From Octopus sinensis (Eukaryota), in NCBI RefSeq assembly GCF_006345805.1, contig NC_043012.1, positions 16,616,001 to 16,680,000 of the forward strand: a stretch of DNA of 64,000 nt, read 5' to 3'. The stretch's first letter is position 1, and each line of letters starts with the position of its first letter. The notes under the pieces were generated by a model that ran no database searches, had not been told where the DNA came from, and saw only the letters and a list, made by a program, of their open reading frames with translations. Shown here piece by piece: positions 22,899-35,330 of the stretch. Both the position numbers and the translations under genes were made by a program.

Positions 22899-24554
22899 TA
22901 ATCTTAAACTAAGCGATGCATGGCTTATCATTAAATAAAAGCAAAGAAATAACAGCAATCACACAGGATTGAACCTACTTTGCATATTTCCTATAGTAGT
23001 CTCCAGACCCTTAGACCATTTTTTAATGAAATGTGGTGTAACATGACCTGAATGTCATTCAACATTATGTCATATCACATTGTACAATAGAGTCACAGGC
23101 CAGAAGAGTGTATATTAATGGATGTATAAATCAGCCATAATTGATCTGGATTACTAAACAAATAACCACAGTGGACAATGTAGTGTGAATGCCTCTACAT
23201 GGTCATTCCCAATGCCTGAAATAGCAACGAGTTAAATCTACCATCTGCAAAAAATGGAAAGGACACACTGGACAATGTAGTTCTTGAAATGCAAAAAGAC
23301 AGAATGGTCATGGCTGGAATGCCTCTGATCATAAATCTGCTCAATTGGAGCTGGCCCAAGATTAAACAATGATCACAATGAATTTCTGACATTTCTTCAC
23401 ACTACACCTCTTTTAAATACCTTTTATCAGTTTTCAGTCATTGGACAGTAGCCATGCAGGGTCGCTATGTTGATGGGGATCAGGTGAACAAATTGATCTC
23501 AGTACTTAATTTTTAAAGCCTGGTACTTATTCTATCCATCTCAGCTAAGTTATGGGGGGGGGGGCATAAACCAACATAAAGTGTCAAGCAATGATGGGGG
23601 ACAAACACACACACATACATCACAGGCTTCTTTCAGTTTCCATCTATCAGTGTCGAGGATGCTCCAATCTCACATCCTAATTTTGATTTGAAAACGAGAT
23701 AAACACAAAAGCAAGGCCTCAGTACTTCCACATATTTACCAAAATGTTTTGTTGGAGGCTTTGCAACATACAAATCCTGTTGATCACATACAGACTACAT
23801 CTTACACATGTTAAGCATAGACAACTCTTTCCTCCAGAGTTAAAACTCATCATCATCATCATCATCATTTAACGTGATGATGATGATGATGAGTTTTAAC
23901 TCTATGAAAAATGCAACTGTCATCTTTTCAGGTGTATAATAAATTTCCAAGATTCCAGCATCAACTTATTTTAAAAGGAAAAAAAAACCCCAATGAAATA
24001 GTATTCTCCATCCCAGAAAATATAAGTAATATTGGTTTCAAATTTTGTCAAAAGACAAGCAGTTTCAGAGAAGGGACTAGGTTGATTACACTGACCCCAG
24101 CTCTCAACCAGTACTTTATTTTATTGACCCTGAAAGGATGAAAGGCTCATTCAACCCCGGCGGAATTTGAACTCAGAATGTAAAGAAGGATGAAATGTTG
24201 CTAAGCTGCTAACAATTCTGCCAGCTCACCGCCTTAGGAGACATAGTGACATTAAAACTCAAACGAGTAGGTTAGATGTTTAAGTAGAATGATGGAATAG
24301 ATGCATTCTAGTATTTAAGCACATTTGTAAGACTGGTATGAATTTTGCCCTTCATTCCTGTAAGGTTCCATAAAATAAGTACCAGCAATATACAGGCGTA
24401 GATTCTAATGACTAAAGGTACCCTGGCCTACAGGGTTTTTAATTTGAATCTAATTAAAAGAAAGCAAAATGCAGCTATTAATTAACTGTCATAATGTAAT
24501 GTAAGAAAGTTCATTAACCAACAAGTTTCGTGACAGCCTGCACCAGCTAACTGT

Positions 24555-25040
24555 CATCATCATCATTCATTGTTCGACCGTGGTCGAGACAATGGAATTT
24601 ACTATGTTACGCCAGACTTCACGGTCCATCATAGCATTACGGAGGTCCTGTTGCTGGATGCCTGTATCCCTGGAGATTACATCAGGGTAGGAGAGTGTGC
24701 GCCCTCTAGTATTGCGAGTAGATGGCTTCCAGAGGAGAAGAGTAGAAATTACTTCTTTTTCAGCTCTACAACAATGTCCAGCAAACTGGACTCTCCTACC
24801 ATTCACAAGAGATGACACAGGTGGTAATTTCCCATATATTTGCATTTTGGTTGGATGGCGCTTCCACAAGAGATTTTGAGCTCTCATAAGGAGGCGAGTG
24901 TAGGTTCCATCCAACCGCCTCTCAAGCTTCTTTGATAACGTCCAGGTTTCTGAGCCATATAGTAGAATTGGTTCGACTGTGGCTTTGAATATTTCAAGTT
25001 TGAAGTCTCTACTTAGATTTGATGACCAGATCTTATGCTA
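24555..25040 (-). mobile_element. Second RTE-like LINE family, 3' fragment with (ATG)n tail
   Basis: KIWSSNLSRDFKLEIFKATVEPILLYGSETWTLSKKLERRLDGTYTRLL...RRVQFAGHC...DREVWRNIVNSIVSTTVEQ*. Confidence 0.85.
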
Positions 25041-27142
25041 ACTGTAAGTACAAGAGGTTTATAGAATTGTATATAATATGATGCGAAGTAGCATGGCAAC
25101 TTCACTATAGCTGGTGACACACAGACACACAAAAAAGCATCCAGTACATACTGAAAAGAGACTGGCATTAGTAAGTGTATCCAGTTATAGACACCAAACC
25201 AAAGCAGACACTGGAGCAGAATGTAAATCTAGGGCCCATCAGATCCTGTCAAACCAAATGGAACATAGTATTTAATCACGACAAGGACCACAACTATGGT
25301 GTAAAACTCCATGTATGATAATGCTATTTTTTCCACCTAAATCAAGATTTAAATTCGGGGTGTGTAGATTGATTGATTTGTTTTTAGTCCCGAGTTTTAC
25401 CTCAATCGCTTTTATTCAGAAAAACACAATAATGTAATAGTCATCATCATCATCATTTAACGTCCGTTTTCCGTGCTAGCACGGGTTGGACGGTTCGACC
25501 GGGGATCTGGGAAGCCAGGAGGCTGCACCAGGCTCCAGTCTTATCTGGCAATGTTTCTACAGCTGGATGCCCTTCCTAACGCCAACCACTCCGTGTGTGT
25601 AGTGGGTGCTTTTTACGTGCCACCCGCTCTGGTACCAGGCGAGGCTGGCAATGGCCACGGTCAGATTGGTGCATTTTACGTGTTTTTTTAAAATTTTTTA
25701 TGATTATTTTCTTATTATATATTAATATTTTATATAAAATGGAATATGAAAAAAAAAAACTAATACATTAAATTATTGTAGATCATCTAATTTTACAGCA
25801 TGGAACTATGGTTTTTTAAAGACAATTTAGTTCCAAAACCGAGATTAGTATTATATGTAGATTTTTACAGTATTTAGTACCATCAGAAAACCTCACTCAT
25901 TGACGAATACTGTTACAAATTTTTCCCTCTTGCACATGGCAAACCAAATTATTCCATTTTTAAACTGTTTTATATCACTTAACTGCCAATACAGTCCAGT
26001 ACCCGTTTCCTCAGATGTTACTGTTTACTGGAATAAATTAGTTTGATGTGAGAGGTATAACTTTTCGGGGCTGGATCCTGTCTCTTTTCTTCCGCGAAGG
26101 ATCCAGTCCCAAAATGTTAAACGTCTCTCCCTCAAAAGAAACGAATTTATTTCACATTCTGAACTCTTTGTCCTGAATAAAACATTTAAGAAAGAATCTT
26201 CAGTCTGACAGAGGCAAAGAACAACAATGACATTAGATTTAATTCGACATTATTTTCATTGAAGCAGACGACGGCATTCTACAAAGAAAGAGATCTTTGA
26301 CCTTCACTGCTGCAATGTCCTGTCAAAATATACAACAGAGAAGTTGCTTAAATTTACCGTCGACTAAAAAGCAACTATGTGTAAATGAAGAAATCGTTTC
26401 TGATGAGTTTTGTTAACCTTCAAAAACCGAAACTGGGGACACAATAAATTTTATTTTAGGCTATTGTTGTCGTTTAGCTCCAGATCAACTCAGACCAAGT
26501 AGACCTTTGAGCAGAGTATTCCAGTCATGACCATCCCATGCGAGAGGCACCTGGGGATTTGCTATGTATTGTGTCATTTTTTTAAGACGGTGGGAGATTT
26601 GGCTGTTATTTCTAACAAGTGGATCGACCACGTAAGACACCGTTTATTCGTAGTTCTTGAATTAATCACACACTTCGCTCCATCCTCCAGAAAAGTAAGG
26701 ATTTATAAAACAAAAAGAGGTGTAATGTCGGTGTTTTGGAATGGAAAGACAATTCCATGAATGTTGTGAAGGTGTTGGTGGACAGCGGGAACACTTGGAA
26801 TATTATTTATTGCTTGCTATTTTAAGCTGAAGGTTAAACGAAAACAAACCACCACAAAAGACTACAGGTTTATATATATATATTCCTTTACATAAAACAA
26901 TAACTGGGGACATGCTTCGGATAGTAATGAGACAAGTGGTAAACTTTAAAAGGGTCTTGCAATATAAAAGACACGTTTAAGTAACAGCATCGCAATGTTT
27001 ATATAAACACAATGTCAAATTAAATACAAGGGCTGGGGGACTTTTTTACATGCATTTCACGATGATATAACAAAATATTTGAGGATTCTCTCGATAAATT
27101 CTAACAAATAATGAAACGTTTTTGTTTCCATTTGTTTCTCAC

Positions 27143-27231
27143 CGATAAAGAACCATATAGGACTCCTTTAAACCGCCGTTTTCCCTGATAATACGCAGAG
27201 CGGTGGAAAACTTCTCCAAATACTTGGCCAT
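27143..27231 (-). CDS. NDUFA12: NDUFA12 exon 1
   Basis: cgaagATGG context; MAKYLEKFSTALRIIRENGGLKESYMVLY-R; donor CG|GTGAG. The four exons total 411 bp = 136 aa plus stop. Confidence 0.9.
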
Positions 27232-27327
27232 CTTCGATTATCCACAGTTTCAGTTCAGCAGTGAATAATTCTAGCTTAAGAGAGAGAAACAAACAAAAAT
27301 ATTCACCTTGAAATCTATGTACGATTT

Positions 27328-27362
<35 letters not shown>

Positions 27363-27508
27363 TTGTGTTGTATAATATTAGAAAATTTTTACTGCTATTT
27401 ATTTAAAAAAAAATTATATTAATAACTGTAAATTATTGAAGCGGAAGTTATTGGGTTGGAACTGTCCCGCATAAATATTTATTTATTAATCTTTGTTGAT
27501 TTCTAAAC
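27232..27508. promoter_or_regulatory. Compact divergent promoter region NDUFA12 / ASZ1
   Basis: 277 bp between opposing ATGs; (AT)n(GT)n tract; ETS-type GCGGAAGT at 27441..27448. Confidence 0.7.
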
Positions 27509-27589
27509 ATGGCTAATGTATTACCTGCCGGCTTTGAAGACGAATTCTCAGACGATTCCGATGATTACGGGCTCAGTTATTATCAACAT
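27509..27589 (+). CDS. ASZ1: ASZ1/GASZ exon 1
   Basis: aaacATGG Kozak; MANVLPAGFEDEFSDDSDDYGLSYYQH, an acidic N-terminus like vertebrate LPVAGGGESSESEDDG; donor gtaaca, phase 0. Confidence 0.8.
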
Positions 27590-29250
27590 GTAACATATCC
27601 TTCCTTTCTTTTCTTTTACCATTTGATGTGACTTCTTAACCCTTCCTCATTCAAATCCCATGGTGTGTCTTGTTAAGGTTTCTTTATATATTTCTCTTTA
27701 TCTTCGCACGCAGAAAGCCAAGTCTGTCCAACGACGGTGAGAATTTATCAGCTGCGAATGAATAAACAACACAACTACATATAAATTGAGCATTTCTTTT
27801 GGCGCTAAGTGTAATTCGCTCCTTAGCCTAACAACGTGTCTTCACATGAATACTTGTGGCTTTGTACTTTCACTTTAGCTTCCATGTCCAGTAATAAGAA
27901 TCTTTACATGACCACTTGAGTTGTTAGAAATAGCAGGCATTTCACTTTTAAATCAATCACACAGACTGTCTTATATATATAGTCGGCGGAATTTCTGGGT
28001 TCAAATTCCGCCGAGGTCGACTTTGCCTTTCATCCTTCCGGGGTCGATAAATTAAGTACCAGTTACGCACTGGGGTCGATGTAATCGACTTAATCGGTTT
28101 TATCTGTCCTTGTTTGTCCCCTCTGTGTTTAGCCCCTTGTGGGTAGTAAAGAAATATATATATATATAGTATCATCGTCGTTATCGAAACAAAAACAGGA
28201 GACTCCGCCGTTTTCTTTCGTTGTCATTTGACGATGTCGTCCTTTTCGACAGATACCTGGTTGTTCCTGCCACCACACCACACCATACGCTTGTCTCCAA
28301 GCTTAAACCATGCAAGTCGTAAGTTTCAGGGATGGTCCTACATACCCCTATACCTACAGATAGAATGGTCACTGCTGGAATGTCTTTGATTAAAGGCCTA
28401 ATGTCAGGTTTATTTATTCTGCAGCTAAACGACAACAGCATGTCGAGATATAAAATTTCTGAAATAATTATAAGGTAACAAGATCAAAGCACTTAATTCC
28501 ACCCACCTCATTTTAAATTCATTTGTAATTTATTGAAAGGATTATAGTGGCAAGTTGAAATTGAAATTTGAAAAAAGTGATTTCTTCCCACTAAACCTTT
28601 GAATTTGGCTTGATAGTCCGCGTTTAAATCAGCTTATTCTACACGTGTAATATATTAAAATTCATTTCAATGTTTCGCTCTTGCTTATAAAATGTTTAAA
28701 AGTTAATTTTGCTAATTAAAAGAACTGCGCAGGTATGATTTAGAAAGATTTTGACCACAAATTCTTTGCAGGTAAAGCAACCGCATATTGAGGCTCTTGT
28801 TGGTTTGATGTGATTTGAGGGCGATTCGACTACTCTTTCTAATATTACATTATGCAGTCGAATGTTATCTGTTTAACGCATTATTGCAAGAAGGTTTTTA
28901 CTAATTTATATATTATCTGGTGCTGTGCTTTTTCGGCTTATCTTAAATTATAAACAACGAACAAGAGTCGTTTTTTTCTTTTTTTTTTCTTCTGAATGAA
29001 GCTAGCTCCTCTGAGAAATTAGGAATTTACTTTATTTAAGTAACAAAACACATGATGTGTATATCGTCGACCATTGTGAATGTCAAGTGAGAAATTTCGA
29101 ACGAAGACACAATTGTTCGTTCATAGAATTTGTTCCTTCCAAATCTTTCAATTTAATAACACCACGTGTATGCTCGTTGGTGTCTGAAGCACAGTAAGAT
29201 TATTTATTGGAAGCAAGACACTGCTTAGCATTTTTTAAAGCATGTCTCTA

Positions 29251-29771
29251 GGGGGAATGACTTCCGCCAACTCCCCCCTCCCCCTCCCCCCAACCACCCT
29301 TAAAAAAAATTTTTTTCGACACAACTCCTTCCTTTTCGGCTACCTGGAATACGAATCTGCAAAAAAATTGGCAAAAATTAACATTTCTAAATTATCACCC
29401 CAACCACCATTTCCTTCATTTTAAACTTTTTTCACATTATTTTTTTTTCAAAATATGCGGAAAAATACGGAGATTATGATTCAGAAAAAATATCCAAAAA
29501 TGTTTGTAAAATTTTTTATTTTTTTAAAATTTGCGGAAAAATACGGATATCATGATTTGGACAAAAATTTCATAAGGTTACGGTTAGGGTTTTAGGGTTA
29601 GTGTTGGGGAAAAAAGTCAAAATTGAAGAAGTTAGGTGGGGGGATCACAATGCTAATTTTTGGCAATTTTCCGGAATCTCCGTATCCGAAAACCGGGATT
29701 TTTGGCAAAAACAAAAAAAATAAACAAATTTGGGAGAAAATGGGGGTGGGGACGGGTGGAAATCTTTCCTC
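29251..29771. mobile_element. Foldback-like element with imperfect G/C-rich terminal repeats and a GGTTAGGG tract
   Basis: 5' GGGGAATGACTTCCGCC vs reverse complement of the 3' end GAGGAAAGATTTCCACC; internal repeated aaaaatacgga; no TSD found. Confidence 0.45.
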
Positions 29772-30012
29772 ACTTGGAGATGACTTATTTAAAAAAAAAA
29801 AAACGTTGGTGTTCACTTTAATCATTTAAAGGATTTTCATCTACAGCAGACTCTGGAACTTTTACTGACACCAAATAATTTGCCTCAGGGATCATGTGTA
29901 CAGGATGGAGAGGGTCTGCCGAATATTATGCAAGCTTTATTGGACCTAAAATGTGCATGCCTGACTGGTTGGAAGCCTGTAATTACTGCGCTGCCTGTAG
30001 GTGGCTCGTAAT

Positions 30013-30389
30013 GGATGGAAGCACTCTGTCGGTTACGACGATGAGGGTTCCGGTTGATCCGAATCAACGGAACAGCCTGCTCGTGAAATTAACGTGTAAG
30101 TGGCTGAGCACTCCACAGACACGCGCACTCTTAACGTAGTTCTGGGGGATATTCAGCGTGACAAGGCCGGCTCCTTGAAATACAGGTACAACAGAAACAG
30201 GAAGTAAGAGTGAGAGAAAGTTGTGGTGAAAGAGTACAGCAGGGATCACCACCATCCCCTGCCGGAGCGTCGTGGAGCTTTTAGGTGTTTTCGCTCAATA
30301 AACACTCACAACGCCCGGTTTGGGAATCAAAACCACGATCCTATGACCGTGAGTCCGCTGCCCTAACCACTGGGCCATTGCGCCTCCAC
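30013..30389 (-). mobile_element. tRNA-headed SINE family C, full length with TSD
   Basis: 13-bp TSD ggtggctcgtaat (30000.., 30390..); A box TGGCCCAGTGG. Confidence 0.88.
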
Positions 30390-31474
30390 GGTGGCTCGTA
30401 ATAAGTTAGTGAGCTTAACTCAGTCACGAGCACACAGCCGTGGTGTGTGTGTGTGTGTATATGCATGCATGCATGCACATATATATGTTTGTGTATGTGT
30501 GGTAAGAACCACATGGTTCTGGGTTCAGTTCCACTGCATGGCATGTTGGATAAGTGTCTTCTACTATAGACTCTGGCCGACCAAAGCCTTGTGACTGGAT
30601 TTGGTAGACGGAAACTGAAAGAAGTTCTTCGCTTCCGGAAAAAAAATAAAAAGAAAAGCCGTTAGAAAACCGATCATAGCAGCGACTCCATCTAAGAATA
30701 TCTGAAGAAGGAATATTATTCCGAAATATCATATCAGACTTTGGATGATTAAATAACAATAGTTATTATAGTCCATTGTTTGTATTATAGGACATTGTTG
30801 TGTCATTCAAGACATTTTATTCTTTAGCATTTCTCTGAAAAGTTTCTAGGATGTCTAGCGTTCCAGTAATAAAAACAGCTTGCTAACCCAGCTCTTTGCT
30901 TCTTAGTCGATTAGACTCAGAGCCATTCACGTCATTGCTATGTCCGTCTATTTCTCTACACCATATGACTGAAAACCACCACTTAGCTGTTATTTCTATA
31001 TTTCCTATCTCTGGACTTTCTTGCATAGATTACTTCATTCAACTAGATTCTACAATTTTGATTCTATGTATAATCATTGTTTAACGTCCGTTTTCCGCAC
31101 TAGGGTTGGACGGTTCGACCGGGGTTTGGGAAGCCAGGAGCTGCACCAGGCTCCAGTCTGATCTGGCAGAGTTTCTACAGCTGGATGCCCTTCCTAACGC
31201 CAACCACTCTGCGAGTGTAGTGGGTGCTTTTTACGTGCCACCTGCACAGGTGCCAGGGGGGGTCTGGCATCGGCCGATCAGTAAATAAAATATAGTTTAT
31301 GTAGTAAATATAAGTCTTGAATTTATTCTTCGTCTCTATATGAACTCTTGTAATAATATACATGCAACCACATCAACACGTGGTACCGACTATATATAAC
31401 CACTACATATGCATATGTTGCAGAGATATGATATGCAGATATGTATTTCTTCATGCTTGTTACTTTTCCCCCAG

Positions 31475-31727
31475 GGCAAGGATCTGTCAGAACCAAAATC
31501 ATTTGAAGAGAACACAAACGAAACGAATCAAAGCAAACAATTTGACACGAGTGAAACATGGCAAAATGGAGAGTCTTGGAATGATTCATCAAATCCAATC
31601 CCTCAGCGGATACCTGTTGTTGATCTTTCCAGTAAACTGATGGCTAAAGTAGAATTCCCTATTGATGACCTTCGAATAGCCATTTTGAACGGTGACCTTA
31701 CTACTGTACAGTATTTCATTGAAAATG
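31475..31727 (+). CDS. ASZ1: ASZ1 exon 2
   Basis: Acceptor ccccag; GKDLSEPKSFEE...PIDDLRIAILNGDLTTVQYFIEN-G (first ankyrin repeat); donor gtaaga, phase 1. Confidence 0.9.
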
Positions 31728-32788
31728 GTAAGAGCAGACATTCTCTTCTGCAATCTCTTTTATTATTATTATTATTATTATTCCTTACTCTCAGATCATC
31801 CATCCTCTCTGTCTTTTTACACTCTTTATACTAACTGATCCCAAAGAGCTGGATTTCTGTAAGAAGCCTGTGAAACTCTAAGTTGCTTGGGGCTGAACCA
31901 AAACCATTTTGGGTGCGGGTGTGGCTGTGTGGTAAGAACCTTGCTTCCTAATTGCATAGTTCCAGGTCCAGAGTCCCACTGCATGACACCTTGAGCAAGT
32001 GTCTTCGACTATAGCCTGAGGACAACCAAAGCCTTTTGAGTAGATTTGGTAGACAGAAACTGAAAAAAGCCTGTCGTATATATGTATGCATCTCTATGTG
32101 TATTTATATGTGTGTGTCCTGTTTGGCAACAGGTGTTGGTGTGTTTACCTCCCTGTAACTTAGTAATTCAGCAAAGTGACCGATAGAGTAAGTACCAGAC
32201 TTAAAAAAAAAAGTAGTGGTGTTGATACATTACATTCAACTAAAAGTTCTCGAGGCAGTGCCCCAGCATGGCCATAATCTAAGGGCTGAAAGAAGTAAAA
32301 GATAAAAGAGAGGGTATATGTATATATATATATATGATGAAGCAGACTTGAAAGACTCTGGTTTTGGTCTGCGTCAGCAAGGTTTGTATTATTTAGTAAA
32401 ATCAATAAAGAAAAATAGTGAATTTGCTACACAGAGGTGGAAAATCCATTTTGGAAAGTTCTTTAGTCGTGGCAGATACCAGTGTCACACAAATGGTACC
32501 TGTGCCAGTGGCACATAAAAACACCCATTACACTCTTGCAGTGGTTGGCATTAGGAAGGACATCCAGCCATAGAAACCATACCAAAGCAGACTGGAGCCT
32601 GGTGCAGCCTTTCAGGTTGTCAGTCCTGATCATGCTGGTGTGGACAATGGATGTTAAATGATGATGATGATACTTGTGCCATCATCCAAAAACCTGCCTT
32701 TGCCCCTGCACCTATGTTCTCAATATAGATTCTTCATCATCAGTACCACCATTGTCATATTATGCTTATAATCTAACTCAGAGAATTA

Positions 32789-32939
32789 CCATATTTTAAC
32801 ATGTATAAGGAACCCTTTCTTGTCAAAAAATGATATGGAAGTTTCTTATACATGGATAGTATTGTAATACCTTACAAAACCTTTTTTCCAAATTTAAGCC
32901 CCCAAAATTAGGGGTTTCCTTATACATGTTAAAATATGG
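32789..32939. mobile_element. pogo-type MITE, 151 bp
   Basis: Perfect 24-bp TIR CCATATTTTAACATGTATAAGGAA, TA on both sides. Confidence 0.88.
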
Positions 32940-32971
32940 TAATTCAATGTTTTTCTTCCTTATTACTACAG

Positions 32972-33094
32972 GAACTGATGTTAATGTTAAGCTCAAAGGA
33001 AACTGGACACCATTGTTGTATGCTTCTAGTGCTGGTCATCCTGAAATTGTCCATTATCTCTTGGAACAGAATGCTTCTCCTGATTATAACCATG
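32972..33094 (+). CDS. ASZ1: ASZ1 exon 3
   Basis: TDVNVKLKGNWTPLLYASSAGHPEIVHYLLEQNASPDYNH (ankyrin); cag / gtgagt, phase 1 to 1. Confidence 0.93.
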
Positions 33095-34490
33095 GTGAGT
33101 GTATATGTAATCTATTTGCTTTCTTAAGATCTTCACTCTGTATTGACCTTTGGCCATCTGGTTCGCCAGCTCTCAGTCAAAATCGTCCAACCCATTCTAG
33201 CATGGAAAGCGGATGTTAAACGATGATGATGATGATTCTAGGCACTGGCCTGTCATTTCTGCTTCTCTCCAGTTGGATCCCTACTTTTCCAGCTCCTATG
33301 TTTCCCTGAAGGAAGGTCTTCCTCTCTCAGGTGTTGTTTGTTTTGAATTGTCATTGATGTTTTTCTGAGTAGAGGTGTTGGCCCTTTGCAACCCCATTTT
33401 TATCTCTTGAAAGAGATGGTCCTTATTGGTCTGGCCTCTATGAGCAGTCCAGTATGGGAGGCTCTACCAATGAGCTTGCGCTTCACTGGTTTTAGCTCTC
33501 AGGATCTGTGAGGCATACAAGCCACAACACTGCTTGAAATGCAATGTGCATAGTATTTAAGTGGATTAATTTATATTCAGATCCCTGTCTCTTGTGAGTA
33601 TGTCCCACGCTTTGCCACCATCTCTTGCTGTCTCCCACTCTCTCTCTCTCTCCTCCTCCTGTTTTTCTCTTAGGCTAGGTAACCATGTATCTTCTTCACA
33701 GCAGCACACCTGTTTCTCTCCTCATTCGTGATCTCTCTCTCTCTCTCTCCCGATAACCATGAACCTCCTCTACAACAAAGCGCATGTTTCTGTCTCTCTG
33801 TCACACTCTAACCTTTCATCATCTGGCACAAGATCACCTCTTGCAATGCCCCCATCCCTCTCAAAGGATCTTTGTCTTACAATTTACTTTGTGACCCTGC
33901 CACGTAAAAAGCATCCAGTCCACACTGTAAAGTGGTGGGCATTTTGGAAAGGCATCCAGCTGTAAAAACCCTGCCAAAACTGACCTCACCTGTGCTTGTG
34001 CTATGTAAAAAGCACTCAGTCCACTCTGCTGGGTGGTTGGTGTTACGAAGGGCATCCAGCCCTAAAAGTCCTGCCAGAGCAGACACAGTAATCTGGTGCA
34101 GGCTCCTACCAAACCGTCCAACCCATACCAGCATGGAAGGCAGACATTAAATGATGATGATGATTATGATTAGTTGATCATAAATTTTATTTTCAGAAAT
34201 AGATTAGCTTGGATGGATGAAATATACTTTAGATTTTCATCATCATCTTCATCGTCATTGTTTTATTGCATTCTCTTTTCCGTCGTTTGCGTTAGATGAG
34301 TCTTTATAGTCAGCAACTTTTTTGGGGCCCAAATTCCTTTCCCAATTCCCTTTTAGCTGCTGACTCTTATGGTACATAGGGATAAAGTGTACCTCAGTAC
34401 CATTTCTAAAAACCAGGACACATACAGAATTTTATCTTTACTTTTTTTTTTACTCACATTCATTAAATTTTGTGTTGTTTCCAGTGACAG

Positions 34491-34605
34491 ATAGGTTTTT
34501 CCCTTTGATGGCTGCATGTACTTCAGATAAGGATGATGAGAACTCTATAATGAAGTGTGTCACTCTGTTATTGGAGCATGGAGCTAAAGTTGATTCTATG
34601 GACAG
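34491..34605 (+). CDS. ASZ1: ASZ1 exon 4 (alternative in-frame acceptor would start at 34485)
   Basis: DRFFPLMAACTSDKDDENSIMKCVTLLLEHGAKVDSMD-R, resembling ASZ1 ILITAC...EEQILKCVELLL; donor gtaaac, phase 2. Confidence 0.9.
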
Positions 34606-34736
34606 GTAAACAGTATAATTTTTTTATTTTGTTTTGTTTTAACATGTATGTTATATATTGGTCAATGCTTTCGGCTGTTAACCGAATGTCTGATGGTTCA
34701 TCCCCACCCTGGGACATATAACATGTAATTTGTTTA

Positions 34737-35330
34737 CATTATTTACAATTGACGGATATTTGTCCTCATCTTGTTTGTTGTTAATACAACATTTTGGCTG
34801 ATATACCCTCCAGCCTTCATCAGGTGTCTTGCGGAAATTTCGAACCTGAGTTCTTGTTCCTGGGGTATTTTTTGATGTGGGATGAAGTTAAAATAATAGA
34901 CAGAGAACACCACTGGAAAATACAAAAACTAAAAGAAGAAGCACATATGCTAGGACACAACAAGCAGACCGAGTGGAGATATGAGTAGCATATGGGAACC
35001 AGTATTAAGGAAGGATAGGAAACTATTAGATTTATAAACCCTAAAATTCACTCCATAATTGCTCACCGGTATATGGCGTAGTGGTTAAGAGTTCCGAGTT
35101 CAATTCCAGGCAGTGACCTGAATAATAATAATGATGATGATGATAATAATAATATTGAAAAATACCATAGGAATGAGAACCCAGGTTTGAAATTTCCCCA
35201 AGACACCTGATGAATGCTGGAGGGTATATCAGCCGAAACGTGTTAACAACAAACAAGATGTGGACAAATATCCGTCAAATGTAAAAAATGTACATAATTC
35301 CTCATCTCTTAAATATAGAACTGTACTATG
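34737..35330 (+). mobile_element. 5'-truncated Penelope-like element: inverted partial terminal repeat, GIY-YIG C-terminus, full terminal repeat
   Basis: 34737..34870 minus-strand repeat; 34878..35037 WDEVKIIDREHHWKIQKLKEEAHM/SRPSGDMSSIWEPVLRKDRKLLDL*; 35068..35330 plus-strand repeat with A/B boxes, (AAT)n and hammerhead core at 35207. Confidence 0.82.

Noticed and set aside
27950-27985. Helitron 5' end on the minus strand
   Set aside because: It lacks the terminal TC, and no matching hairpin-CTAG 3' end was found.
29577-29601. Telomere or chromosome-fusion relic
   Set aside because: Only 2-3 imperfect TTAGGG units, lying inside a probable transposon.
33240-33560. Additional coding exon in ASZ1 intron 3
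   Set aside because: Exon 3 and 4 phases join directly; the segment looks like a badly decayed antisense LINE remnant that I cannot assign confidently.
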